Assembly (NCBI RefSeq): GCF_009914755.1
Contig: NC_060928.1
DNA length: 64,000 bases
Origin: the human T2T-CHM13v2.0 reference genome, Homo sapiens
Reading direction: 5' to 3' (one strand)
The notes beneath the pieces were generated by a model that was not told the DNA's origin, made no database searches, and saw only the letters and a list, made by a program, of their open reading frames with translations. Made by a program: the position numbers and the translations under genes. Below, piece by piece: positions 25,211 through 43,957 of the stretch. Numbering within the stretch: position 1 is the stretch's first letter; each line of letters begins with the position of its first letter.

Positions 25211-25937
25211 CTAGAACTTCACTGTAAAACTTCTCCCACTTCTCGTATCAAACATTTGAAACCAAAAGTCAAAATAAAGCACATGTATTAAATTTTTAAT
25301 CCTCTCCACGAATGTCATTTTACCACTTAATTCAGACAGAACAGCAGGTATGCGGGAAGTGGGGAATAGAAGTCCTCCACTATACTTCTCAAGTGTGTAG
25401 CCAGGAGACTGTCAACAAAGGACATGTATTTAACATGCCTTTAACATGCTCAGCTAGCAGTTCACCACAGGCACCAAGGGCATCTGCAAGAACGACATCA
25501 AACTTTGACTCTTGTAGTTTTGTCGTAATTTTCTTGTTCAAAACTACATCTTTACAGAGATTATTAACACAGTCTGTAGATTCCCAAAAGAGTTCTTGTG
25601 CTTGTGAGAAATATGACCAAAATGCATCTTTCTGAAGATCGTATATCCATCTATTGATCAGTTTCACAACAAGACCCTCAAAATTATTTTTAATTAGAGA
25701 TGTTGGATAAACCTCAAATCTAATAGCAGATGATTTACTAGGGTGAATAATAATGGAAGCCAAAGATGACAGCACAGTCATCTTATGGCCTCTCCAAACA
25801 AGTTCATCCAGGATTGTCTTTATATTCATCCAATGGCTGTATTCTGTGGGCCACACTAGCACCTTTCCACAACTCCCAGAACTAAAGTGACAACTGAGTT
25901 GTATCAGGAGAATATTTGACATCGATTTCATAGTTCT
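25211..25937 (-). pseudogene. UGT2B pseudogene exon 1 (unprocessed)
   Basis: ORF 25389-25952 gives [40 protein letters not shown]. The ancestral ATG is mutated to AGA, indels follow GELLAE, and the exon ends FYSEVL with a gtaagt donor. Confidence 0.95.
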
Positions 25938-25993
25938 CCTGGTGCAATGCAATGCTTCTTTTCAAATCGCTGTTTCTTTCTGTTTTTCTCCTA

Positions 25994-26032
25994 CTTATAT
26001 CTGAAGATAAATCAATCAAGTGAAAGTATAAC
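25994..26032 (-). promoter_or_regulatory. UGT2B15/17-type proximal promoter of the pseudogene (HNF1-like, Pbx-like and TATA-like sites)
   Basis: The minus strand reads GTTATACTTTCAC TTGATTGAT..GATATAAG, colinear with the recalled UGT2B15/17 promoter. The HNF1 site is degenerate. Confidence 0.7.
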
Positions 26033-26052
26033 TGCTACAATTCAAAGTAGTA

Positions 26053-26124
26053 GTTACCATATAATTTCTAAATTACCATAGGAATTGTCTGTTACCATAT
26101 AATTTCTAAATTACCATAGGAATT
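26053..26124. repeat. Perfect 34-bp direct repeat (38-bp period)
   Basis: GTTACCATATAATTTCTAAATTACCATAGGAATT at 26053 and 26091. Confidence 0.95.
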
Positions 26125-27317
26125 TCCAGATTGTTTTTCACAGTGGATGCTTCAATTTCCATTCTCACCAGCAATGTATAAGAATTTTAATTTCTTCCCA
26201 ACCTTGCCAACACTTGGGATTATATTTCGTTTGATTATAGCCAGTGTGAATGAAGTGATATCTGGTTATGCTTTACCTTTCTTTGATATGAAATCATGTT
26301 GAGCATGTTTTGCCTAATTTTGGTTGAATTATTTGTCTTCTTATGGACTTGTGTTTTTAATATCTTTCTGATATAAGAACCTTATCACATATATGATTTC
26401 CTTGTTTTTTTTTTATTCTTTGGGCTGTCCTTTTACTTTCTTAACGGTGTTCATTGAAGCACAAAAGTATTGATTTTGATGAAGTCCAACTAATCAATTT
26501 TAATTTGGTTGCTTTTATTTTTGATTTTATATCTCACAAACCATTTCCAAGTTACAAAAATTAGTACCTGTTATTTATTATTAGAGTTTTATAGTTCTAG
26601 TGCTTACATTTAAGTTTTTGATCACCTTTGAATTAGCTTTTGTAAGTGATTTGAGGTAGAGGGTCCCAACTCAATTATTTTGTATATGGATAATCATTAT
26701 TCCCACTTATATTTGTTGAATAATCTATTCTTTCCCCCTTAAATAGTTTTGAAACTTTTGTCAAAAACTTTAAATGCATGGGTGTATTTCTATATTCTAA
26801 AATCCATTCCATTGATCTACATGTCTATCTGTAGGCCTGTATCACACTCTCTTGATTATTGTATATTTGTATTTGTCTTTAAAAGCAGGAAATGTAAGTT
26901 TTCCAGCTCATTTTTATTTTAAATTGTTTCAGTTTTTTAAAAAATTCTTTTCTTCTTGCTTTTTTTCTTTAAGAGGTAGAGGTGTTACTATATTGCCCAG
27001 ACTAGATTCAAATTTCTGGGCTCAAGCAATCCTCCCAACACAGCCTCTTGAGTAGCTGGATTTACAGATGTGTTTCACTACACCTAGCTTCTTTTGGCTA
27101 TTAGTATGTCTCTTGAATATGTATAAATTTCAGAATCAGCTTGTCTGTTTATGCAAAGAAGTGATCTGGGATTTTGATAGGGATTGCATTGATTTGGTAT
27201 ATGAATTTGGGGAGTAGAGTATGGTAATTATCACAATATTAGGTCTTTCAATAAATGAAGATGTGATGCCTTTCTATTTATTTAGATGTTCTTATTTCCA
27301 CAGCGTTTTGTAGATTT

Positions 27318-27999
27318 TGTTACAGTGGCTAGCTAGTCAGACACAAACAGGGCAGAAGACGGCTCCCACACCCTACCAGGAAAGTCAGATGACCATCAGT
27401 TAATGGTCAGGCAGTTGTCACACTGTCTCGCTAAAATAATAATTGGTTGCAGCCAGCCAGAGAAAGGCAGCTTTCCTATAAATAGAAAAAATCAAATCTG
27501 GTAATCAGCAGCTTCCTGATAAGATCTCAGGAGTTGGGTGAGTGGGCTCACGCATGCACATTAAGAGGCCAAATGGTGGAGTAAGACATTCCGGTGGCAC
27601 CAGAAAAGGGAAGAATGCCTCAGGGGAGCATTCATATGACTCCAGTAAACATACTGTGCATACTCATCTCCTAAGTGCTAGCAGGCCATCACACATACCA
27701 GCAGGTCACCCTAAGGAAAGAATCAAGGAAAATGGAAGCAGGATCCTGGAAGTATGCCAACATATAAAACCCTAAGTCAAAGGTCAAACACTGCACTTTA
27801 CCTTCAAAATGGCCACTTGGATATACCCCAAGTGTACTTTCCTTTCTTTCCTGCTATAAACCTTTTTAATAAATTTTCACTTTTGTTCTGAAACTTGTCC
27901 CGGTCTCTTTTTTTGCCTTGTGCCCCTCAATCAAATTCTTTCTTCTGAGGAGGCAAGAATTCAGGTTGCTGCAGAACCACAAAAATTTGCTGCAGTAAC
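27318..27999 (+). mobile_element. MER50-like solo LTR (ERV1)
   Basis: Starts TGTTACAGTGGCTAGCTAGTCAGACA and contains a TATA-like CATATAAAA and an AATAAA. Confidence 0.7.
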
Positions 28000-28391
28000 C
28001 ACCACTAGTAATAATTTCACAGTGAGAGTTGTACAATTTTTTGTTAAACTTATTACTAAGAATTATATTTTTTCATGGTATTATAAGGGTGATTGTTTAA
28101 TCTTCATTTTAGTTTAAATTTCCATTGCAATTTTGTAGATTTTTTGTTTTCTTATCTTGGATCCCAAAATCTTGTTTTATTGGTTTACTTGAATATTTTT
28201 TAGTGGATTTGTAAAAATTTCCTATTACAAGATCATTATATATGCCAATAGAGATAGTTTAACTTCTTTCTTTCTAATGTGGATTCCTTTTATTTCATTT
28301 TCTTTCTTATTTGTTGACTGAAATTTCTACTGCAATATTGAGTGGAAGTGAGAAGAGTCAATTTAGTGTGATGTTAGCTGTGTATTTTTTT

Positions 28392-28527
28392 TTTTTTTTT
28401 TTTTTTGAGACGGAGTCTCGCTCTGTCGCCCAGGCCGGACTGCGGACTGCAGTGGCGCAATCTCGGCTCACTGCAAGCTCCGCTTCCCGGGTTCACGCCA
28501 TTTTCCTGCCTCAGCCTCCCGAGTAGC
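28392..28527 (-). mobile_element. 5'-truncated AluYb8/9
   Basis: Diagnostic 7-bp duplication GGACTGCGGACTGC, intact CpGs, and TSD AGCTGTGTATTTTTTT at 28376 and 28528. Confidence 0.92.
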
Positions 28528-28801
28528 AGCTGTGTATTTTTTTATAGATACTATTGATCAGTTTTAAGATGTTCTCCTTTACTTCTAGTTTAAGTGTTCT
28601 TATGATGAAGAGTATTGAATTTCATTAAATAAGTTTTTCTGCAGTTATTGAAGTGATTATGCAGTTTTTTCCTTTATTCTAATGATATGATATACTAGTT
28701 GGCTTTTTCAGATGTTAACATAACTTTGCATTCCTGGAATAAAATTCATTTGTTTATGGCATTTAAGCTTTTCGTATGTTCCTGAATTTTCTTTGCTAGT
28801 G

Positions 28802-29070
28802 CGAAAGGAAAGTAAAAATCTTGAGACATTAAACTCACTATGTCAAAGAGAAAAGTTAATCTTGGGAAACAAACCATGTAAAACTGGCTCCCATTTTGTT
28901 CCTAAACAGATAAATGCAAAGATAGAAGGCCACATACCTCTCCAGAGGGCCTCCTTCCCAATTTACTCACAAGGAAAATCACAAGGTCCTAAAACAGAGT
29001 TCTCTTGACTTTTACCCTGAGAGTATAAATTAACATTTTATATTTGCAGGTATATAAAAGACAGGACTTG
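28802..29070 (+). mobile_element. MER4-group LTR fragment
   Basis: GAAAGGAAAGTAAAAATCTTG..AAACTCACTATG..GAAAAGTTAA resembles the MER4 LTR start at 52461. Confidence 0.55.
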
Positions 29071-29939
29071 AAGCCATTGTGTGGTTTTTAGCATAAGGGC
29101 TTACTGAATGGTGGTTATGTTTTCTCCTCTTTTATTTTTTGGAGGATTAATTATTTTAAATATTTGATAGAAGTATAGAGCTTTGATATTTTCTACTCTA
29201 CCATTTCCAGTTATTACCCCACTATTTTTTTCTAAATAATATTTCACTGGAAGCCATCAGACACTGGCTTTTCTTTTATGGGAGACTTTTTCCTTACAGC
29301 TTCAATCTTGTTACTTGTTATTAGTTTGTTCAGGTTTTTTATTTCTTCATGGGTCTATCTTGGTTGGTTGTATGTGTCCAGGAATTTATTAATATCATCT
29401 AGGTTTTCCAATTTGTTGGTATATAGTTGTTCATAATATTCTGTAATAATTTGTGTTTCTGTAATCTCAGTTTTTTGTCTCCTCTTTCACTTCTGATTTT
29501 ATTTAGTGGGTCTGTTCTCACTTTTTCCAACTTAGTCTAGCTAACAGTTTGTTGATTTTGTTTACTTTTACAGAGTTTACCTTATTGTCTGTGGCTGCTT
29601 TTGTACTACAGTGGAAGAGTTGAGTAGGAACAAGAGTCTAAAGGGTTTGCAAATTCCAAAAATATTTACCATCTGAGGCTTTATAGAACCTATTCTGATC
29701 TCTGCAGGTTCATTTTTTCCTTTAACCTTTCTATATATTCAATATATATTTCTATATATTTCTGTATTACTATATATTCAATATATTCTATATATTCAAT
29801 GCAATTTTAATAAAATAGTATAGATTTTTAGTGAGTCAGATGATTTATGTTTAATTATGTTAATAATGAGTTAATAAATTAATTTGTATTTCCATTTTAT
29901 TTAGAATAGGTGAGTTTGTTTGTTATGTGGAATGGTGCT

Positions 29940-31335
29940 TCTGTATTACCTTTTTTTTGAGAAATCTCTAAACTGCTTTCCACAGTAATTCAACTAATTT
30001 GCAATCCACCAACAGTATATAAGCATTTCCTTTTCTCTGGATCCTCACTAGCATGTGGTATTATTATTAATTTATACTTTTTAGTAATAGCCATTATGAC
30101 TAGTGTGAGATGGTCTCATTGTGGTTTTGATTTGCATTTCTATGATGATTAGTGATGTTGAGCATTTTTGTCACGTTTGTTGGTTCCTTGTATGTCTTCT
30201 TTTGAGAAGTACCTGTTCACATCTTTTGCCCGGTTTTTCACGGGGTTACTTGATTTTTGCTTGTTGAATTATTCAAGTTTCTTATAGATTCTAGATATTA
30301 GACCTTTAACAGATGTGTAGTTTGCTAATATTTCTTCAGTTTACATCTCACTTGTGAATTTTGAGTTTTGTTGCAATTGTTATTAAGGACTTAGTTATAA
30401 ATTCTTTCCCAAGGCTGATGTCTAGAATGGTATTTCCTAGATTTTCTTCAATAAGTCTTATAGCTTTAGGTCTTATATTTAAACATTTAATTCATCTTGG
30501 GTTAATTTTTGCTTGGTGAAAAGTAGAGATCCAGTTTCATTCTTTTTCTTATGGCTAGCAAGCTATCCCACCATCATTTATTGAATAGGGAGTCCTTTTC
30601 TCCATTGCTTATTTTTGTTGACTCAGTGATAGATGACTATAGGTCTGTTGCTGTATTTCTGGGCTCTGTATTCTGTTTCATTGATTTATGTGTCTGTTTT
30701 TGTAACAGAACCATGCTGTTTTGGTGTCTGCAGCCTTATAACATAGTTTGAAGTTGGGTAATGTGATGCCTCTGGCTTTGTTCTCTTTGCTGAGGCATTC
30801 TTCAGCTATTTGGACTAATTTTTGGTTTTATGGAAATTTTTGAATATTTTTTTCTAATTCTGTGAATAATGACATTGGCATTTTAATAGGAATAGCATTT
30901 AATGTGTGGATGGCTTTGGTTAGGATGGTTATTTTAATGATATTGATTCTTCCAACCCTGAGCATAAAATGCTCTACCATTTGTTTGAGTCATCTATGAT
31001 TTATTTCAGCAGTGCTTTGTAGTTCTTGTAGAAAACTTTTGTCTCCTTGGTTAGATGTATTTTTAAGTATATTTTGTTTGTGTGTGTGGTATAAATGTGA
31101 TTGTGTTCTTGATTTGACTCTTAGCCTGAATTTTTATTGGTGTATAGAAATGGTATTGATTTTTGTACATGGATTTTGTATCTTGAAACATTACTGAAGT
31201 CATTTTTCAGTTCTAGCAGGCTTTAGGCAGTCTTTAGGATTTTCTAGGTATAGAATCATATCATCACCAAAGAACAATACCTTCAATTCTTTTCCTATTT
31301 GGATGCCTTTTATAGCTTTCTCTTGCTTAGGTGCT
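29940..31335 (-). mobile_element. Old L1 (L1PB/L1MA) ORF2 fragment
   Basis: Antisense ORF2 motifs such as TTATTGAATAGGGAGTCCTTT and GTGATGCCTCTGGCTTTG. Confidence 0.8.
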
Positions 31336-33274
31336 CAATTAATACATTATTGAAATAGAAAGTGCTGTCATTTTAATCATTTATATTTGAAATATAAAAT
31401 TTTAAAAATTTATATTTGAAATTTTAATCATTTATATTTGAAACATAAAATTTTAAAATTTTAAAATTTTAAAAGATTTGGACTATGTTAAGTCCAAATT
31501 CATTGCAGAAATGTACTTATCCATTTAATAATAATAATAGTTATAGCAAATTGAATTTTGCTATATACAGCAATTACATACAGCAACTCTTTTAGTCTCA
31601 GCAATGCTATTAAGTAGGTAGTGACATTGCTTCATCTACATTTCACTGAAGGAGAATGTGAGGCATAGACCTGATAAGTAATTTGCTTAACTATACATGA
31701 TTCTGTAATGGTTTTGCAAAGATGATATAGGTTATCTGGATTCAGAGTGCAAGCTCTTACCCACCATCCTATGCTGACTACTCTTTCTGGGTTACAGGTA
31801 GTTACAAAATGTAATATAGATTCACTTTTTTTGTAGGTATATATTAATTTTAATATTATTACAGGAGTATAACTCAAATATGTAAAAATATTTTTCTGGT
31901 TGTCTATCACTGCTTAACCAACTGCTCTGAAATGAAGGTGCTTAGAACAGCAACATTTTATCATCATTTGTTTTAATTCTAGGTTGTTGGCCAGGCTCAA
32001 TTAGGTGTTTATGGCACAGCATTTCTCAGTTGGTTACTGTCCTAAGGTAGCTTGGGCTAATCATCTGAAGGTTAATCACTCACATATCTGGTGATTAGTA
32101 TTAAAAGTCTCAAGCTACTGCAGTGCTGGGCCAATTGTGACTTATTAGGCATACATATGTATTTCTACACCAAATGGTATATTTCTCCTGGGGACTGTGG
32201 ATATAGCACAGGGCTCCAAAGCGAGTGGAGAGACAGAGAAAAAGGAAAAAAGAATGACAGAAACACAGAGAAAAGGACAGAAGGACAGACAGAGAAAATG
32301 TATTAACAATTTTTTTGAGCTTTGGAAGTTAAGCTCCTCACTTCCACTATATTCTCTTTTTTGAGACAGCCACAAAATTTGCTAAATTTCACAGGAAGGG
32401 TATATGACTTGATGAGAGGATTGCCAATGCATTTGTAATCACATCTCAAAATTACTGCAAATATAACCTTAAAAATTAGAAGAAATCACTAAACTACTGT
32501 AGAATTCATAAAATGTTGACATAAGACATTAAAATTTTAAAAATTTGTTTGCTAAAATTTTAGCCATAATTAAAAATTTTAATTAACATTCTAATATATT
32601 TATTAATAAATATTTAAAATATCAAGTAGGTGTCCAAAAACAGGCTGTAAATTTATCAGATAGAGAGCACCGGATTGCTGGTCAATTTAAGTTTTCTAAA
32701 TGGCACTAATGGATTGATAATATTATATTAAAACCCAAGAACATGCTATCTCAAATCAATGTTTATTTCACTAATTAATTTTTAAAACTATATAATTAAT
32801 ATATAAAAACAAATTTGTGAAAGGTTAGTGAATGAAGTATATAGAATCAAAATTAAAAGTAGAATCCTCTATGTTTATACAGATTTACAGATTCTTAATT
32901 TTATTTCAAAGAAGAATATCATACTTTTTTTTCTGGAACTTTTTTTCATTTAGCAATGTGATGTGGAGAGCATTCCATGATATTGTCTGTAATATGCCTG
33001 TTCTCTGTAATTGCTGCATACCTTCTACTTTTTGTGGTAGGTATGTATGTTCATTGACTGATAGCCAGGCAAGTGATGGAGGGAACATCCTGTACATACA
33101 TGCACTCAGGTGCAAGTATATCTGGATGGCAGATGACTAGATGTAGAATTGCAGAGTCAAACTGTATGTTTAATTTTTTTTGTAAGAGTTGTTTCACTTT
33201 ATACTCTCTCACAAACTCTTTTCTCAGATTCTTATGTTTGATCAATCTCCTGTGGGAAAATAATTCGTTGACTT

Positions 33275-33765
33275 TTTATGGCTACATAGTAATCCATGGT
33301 GTATACATACTGCACTTTCCTTATTCAGTCTACCATTGATGGACATTTAGGTTGATTTCATGTCTTTGCTATTGTGAATAGTGTTGCAATCAACATATAC
33401 ATGCATGTGTCTTTATAATAGAATGATTATATTCCTTTGGGTATATACCCAGCAATGGCATTGCTGGGTCAAATGGTATTTCTGTCATTAGGTCTTGGAA
33501 CAGACAACCAAATGCTGCATGTTCTCACTTACAAGTGGAAGCTAAATGATGAGAACACATGGCCACACAGGAAGCTAAGTGATGAGAGCACATGGAACAC
33601 ATGAACAACACACACTGGGGCCTCTTGGAGGGTAGAAGGTGGGAGGGGGGAGAGGATCAGGAAAAATAATTAGTGGGTACTAGGCTTAATACCTGGGTGT
33701 TGACACATATTTACCTATGTAACAAACTTGCACATGTACCCCTGAGCTTAAAATAAAAGTTAAAA
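33275..33765 (+). mobile_element. Short L1PA insertion with a 5' inversion (twin priming)
   Basis: About 33275-33498 is antisense ORF2 end and about 33499-33765 is sense 3'UTR. Flanked by AAAATAATTCGTTGACTT and AAAATAAATTCATTGACTT. Confidence 0.85.
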
Positions 33766-35992
33766 TAAATTCATTGACTTAAGGTTATTGACTTACTAAA
33801 TTATAATGTCCAACTTTCTAGTACAAGTAGCCATCTTTTTGATGTGATTGGCCATTTTTACTTCTGTGAATTGTCAATTCATATCCTTCATCTATTTTCA
33901 TATTGGTCTGTTTGTCTTTTTGGTTGGTGATATATAATAGCTCTCACTATACAAGAGATACCAGTCCTTTATCTATGTGTTGCAGGATAAGCTTGATGTA
34001 AATTACTTTAGGTTTGTATGCATGATTTAGCAATATTATCTACTATGACACTATATTCATTCAATTTTTCTTAAAAATGTTTCATTTATCTAGATACATT
34101 TTATAAAAATGTTGCTGCAATCTCTTCCAATAATTCCCTTAGCATCAAAATTTTAATTTATTTTTAGAATACATTCATGCCATAGGTCATAGAGTGGTTA
34201 TTGTGAGACTTGGATGATGGTCTTCTTACCAATAAAGACACATAGGTTTGTGTTAACCCATACTACTTTGATCATAAAGTGTTTCCTTGATGTGTAGCTT
34301 TTAAGAGGGCCTTGAGAATTCCTGAGATTTTATTATTTGCCAATTTTTGGTAATTTTTGTGGTCTTTTAATTGTTACTGATTATGATTAGTTGCAATATG
34401 CTTACATTTTAAAAAATCATTATCCTATTTTTGGTCATGCTAAATGACTTATGTTTTCATATTAGTGTTATGGGATGAATAGAGTTACAGGCTTCTGAGG
34501 AAAGAGAGAAACATGAGACATCCTTATATAAAATAGGGTTATATAGAATAATTATCATTTTTAACTGTCTTCTACAAACACATTCAGTTTCACAAACATC
34601 TGTAAGGCAGCTCAATAATTCTGTGCCTTGTTTTGGAAGAAGTGAACACATATATACATGTACATTTGTGATAATCAAAATCAGTAAGTCCCCTTAAAGT
34701 GCTGGTTTTATATTATCACAACCTACAATTCAGACATTTTATCCAATATTAAAGTTTAAAAATGACCGTGAAAGCAACCAGTTCACACTTTAGAAAAGTT
34801 CATGGGGAAAAGAGAATTAGCTTGTGAACAAAGGTTTTCCCAAATAGTTAAATTTTGTAGTATTTGTCAGGTAGGAGTCATTCTATCTCTAATTTGTTGT
34901 TCTCCAACTCCAAGTCTCTGAGTCCCATTATTTTGCTCTTCAGGCCCTGAATTTGGCATAAAGTGTAGTAGAGGCGGACAGTGTCGTCTCCTGTGCATCA
35001 CTGTTGTTTTGCGAAGAAATTCTCAATGTGGTCAGCTGCTGCTGCTACAGAAGTCGATTTTCTTTAAACACTGCCAAGAACATCTGACTTACATAGTATA
35101 TTTTGATTTGATATTTATTCAAACTGAGCCTGCTTTTTTTCTTTTTACAAACTCTCTAAAACTGCTAAAAGTCTTCACTTTATAAACTATGTAATTACCA
35201 TGATCTTTATACTGTTGGTAAAGCAATGGTTCACTTTCCCCATGTCTTTCACCTCAGTTCTTTTCTCCCCTGTGTGAATTGTATCCATTTTGTTCAAAGT
35301 GATTTTACTGAATACTAGGAGTTATCACCTCTCAAGTGTTATTGGCAATGAGATTGTTTTTGCCAGTTATCAGTGAATTATTAAATTCCAAAGTCCCTTG
35401 TTGAGGGTCTGCTTTTTAGTGCCACTTGCCCAAGCTGCCATAGTCTATTTTTCTCAGAAAGCAAAGCCTGAGATAAGAATTAGTGTGCAATAACTTAATT
35501 TGAGAAATGTTCTTAGGGTACAGGAGTAGGGGACAGGAAAGGGTGAAACAAGAAGGGAGAAAAGTCAGTACAAGAATGTGTTACCAAACTAATCATCACC
35601 ATAACTGTTGGGACTAAAGCTCATGCGGACCCAGTAGGAAGTTGTGTGGATGTAAAGCGTGATCATTAACCATCACTTTCTATTGCTCACACTGCCAGGT
35701 TATGCATATGTGAGTGAGTGCTAGCTGAGTTTCTTCGAGGGTTCCATGAAGAGATGTTAAAGAAGTCTGGTGCAGAAAATGAGAGACCTGTCCTATCAGA
35801 AGACGACTTCACAAAGCTCCTTGACACAGCAAAGGCTAGAGAAAAAAAAATTAGCTGAAAAAATATGGGGTGCAACCTAATTTGATCAAATGTATTAGAG
35901 CTTTCTTTTTTCTTTTGTTTCATTTTCACAGTATATTACTTTTCATATGATTAAATACTGTAAATTTTCTCAGGTTTCTGATAAAGTTATGC

Positions 35993-37222
35993 CTGTGATA
36001 CAGGAGCTAGAAAGAAATTATTTAGGCAGATAGTGAGGGTGAAAGTCCTTGGTAAGGTTTTGTTTTAATAAAAAGCAGCCCCCCAAATCATTTCCTTGCT
36101 AACAAAAAGCAGCCAGAAAAATCAAGCTTCAAACCTAGATAAACAAGCTAAAGCTTGCATAGGTAAATGCTGGCAACTGTGCCAGTAATTCCTCAAGGAT
36201 CTAGAACTAGAAATACCATTTGACCCAGCAATCCCATTACTTGGTACACGCCCAAAGGATTCTAAATCATTCTATTATAAAGACACATGCACACGTATGT
36301 TTATTGCAGCACTATTCGCAGTAGCAAAGACTTGGAACCAACCCAAATATCCATCAATGTTAGACTGGATAAAGAAAATGTGGCACATATACACCATGGA
36401 ATACTACACAGCCATAAAAAAGATAAGTTCATGTCCTTTGCAGGGACATGGATGAAGCTGGAAACCATCATTTTCAGCAAACTAACACAAGAACAGAACA
36501 CCAAACACCACTTGTTCTCACTCATAAGTGGGAGTTGAACAGTGAGATCACATGGACACAGGGAGGGGAACATCACACACTGGGGCCTGTTGAGGTGTGG
36601 TGGACTAGGGGAGGGATAGGATTAGGAGAAATATCTAATGGAGGTGACGGGTTGATGGGTGCAGCAAACCACTGTTTCACATGTATACCCATGTAACAAA
36701 ACTGCAGATTCTGCACATGTACCCCAGAACTTAAAGTATAATTAAAAAAAAAAAAGAAAGAAAAGGGATGGGATACCTTGAAGCCAGGTATATTCAACAT
36801 GGATATTCAACGTGGAGGTCCCCTCTTTCCTTTTCTTTGTCAACCATATGTGCAGTAAAGAAGCAGCAACATGGCACTGGCCATGTAGAGAAACCATTTG
36901 CTTATTGAAAATTAAGGTGGGGCAGACAGCTTCTTCTTACACTATGTAAATGGCACACCTGGTTCCACCAATCCTTTGTGCCCTATATAAATCAGACACT
37001 GTTTCCTCAAGCTCATCTATAAATCCCTGTGCATTTCACCATGGGACTAGAAGATCCATTCGGGAGCACCTTTCTGCAGAAATGAGAGCTATTCTCCTTT
37101 CTCTTTCTTTCCCCTATTAAACCTCCATTCTTAAACTCACTTCTCGTGTGTCCATGTTTTCAGTTTCCCTGGAGTGAGATGATGAGTTTTGAGTATTTAC
37201 CCCAGACAATGATGCTGCTTAA
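35993..37222 (+). mobile_element. MER61-like solo LTR interrupted by an L1PA 3' end (36188-36775)
   Basis: Starts TGATACAGGAGCTAGAAAGAAATTATTTAGGC and ends CCCAGACAATGATGCTGCTT. The nested L1 has an ORF2 C-terminus, 3'UTR and poly(A). Confidence 0.7.
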
Positions 37223-37239
37223 CCTGTTACTTTTATTTA

Positions 37240-43408
<6,169 letters not shown>

Positions 43409-43676
43409 TAATTCTTGAAGATTTCATTGGCTAAAGTAAAACAAAAATTCTGCTCAAAATGAAGCCAAAATATTTTGAGTATTTGCAAAACAATGTTCAT
43501 ACTATGAGTGGAGTTCTTAATGTTGTTGTGTTCAAATACAATGTGTGAAACATAATGAAGCTCAGTAACTTTCGTGTGTAACTTTTGGATTAGAATAATA
43601 AATATCAATATAAGCCCATAAGGTTTTATATTATTTTTATTTTTCTTTTCTTTTTTTTTTATGGCTTGGATGACAC

Positions 43677-43682
43677 TTTATT
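43677..43682 (-). terminator. UGT2B15: UGT2B15 polyadenylation signal AATAAA (a second one lies at about 43637)
   Basis: AATAAAGTGTCATCCAAGCCAT followed by a genomic A run on the minus strand. Confidence 0.7.
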
Positions 43683-43756
43683 TTCAGATCCAATACTAGA
43701 AGTTGTTTCCATGTTCACATTTTCCTTCCTGGTTTAAAAAAAAGAGTTGTATTTTT

Positions 43757-43913
43757 TTTTTTTGCTTTTTTTAAATTATACTTTAAGTTTTAGGGTACAT
43801 GTGCACAACGTGCAGGTTAGCTACATATGTATACATGTGCCATGTTGGCGTGCTGCATCCAGTAACTCGTCATTTAACATTAGGTATATCTCCAAATGCT
43901 ATCCTTCCCCCCA
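43757..43913 (-). mobile_element. Young L1PA 3'-end fragment in the UGT2B15 3'UTR
   Basis: Canonical L1PA 3' terminus with TSD TTGTATTTTT at 43747 and 43914. Confidence 0.9.
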
Positions 43914-43942
43914 TTGTATTTTTCATAGCTTAAAAATCATTG

Positions 43943-43957
43943 ACATAGAATAATTCC
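43943..43957 (-). promoter_or_regulatory. miR-376c seed site in the UGT2B15 3'UTR
   Basis: mRNA-sense TCTATGT seed match with a nearby GGAATT for 3' pairing. Regulation of UGT2B15/17 by miR-376c is recalled from the literature. Confidence 0.7.

Larger units (their letters stand above)
26125..28800 (-). mobile_element. Old L1M fragments with a nested Alu monomer (about 26946-27090), MER50 and AluYb8
   Basis: Degenerate antisense L1 ORF2 sequence throughout. Confidence 0.7.

Noticed and set aside
29570-35900. Probable MER58, MIR and MLT1 fragments and AT-rich low-complexity repeats (about 29730 and 31370)
   Set aside because: Ordinary ancient repeats whose boundaries and families cannot be fixed by eye.
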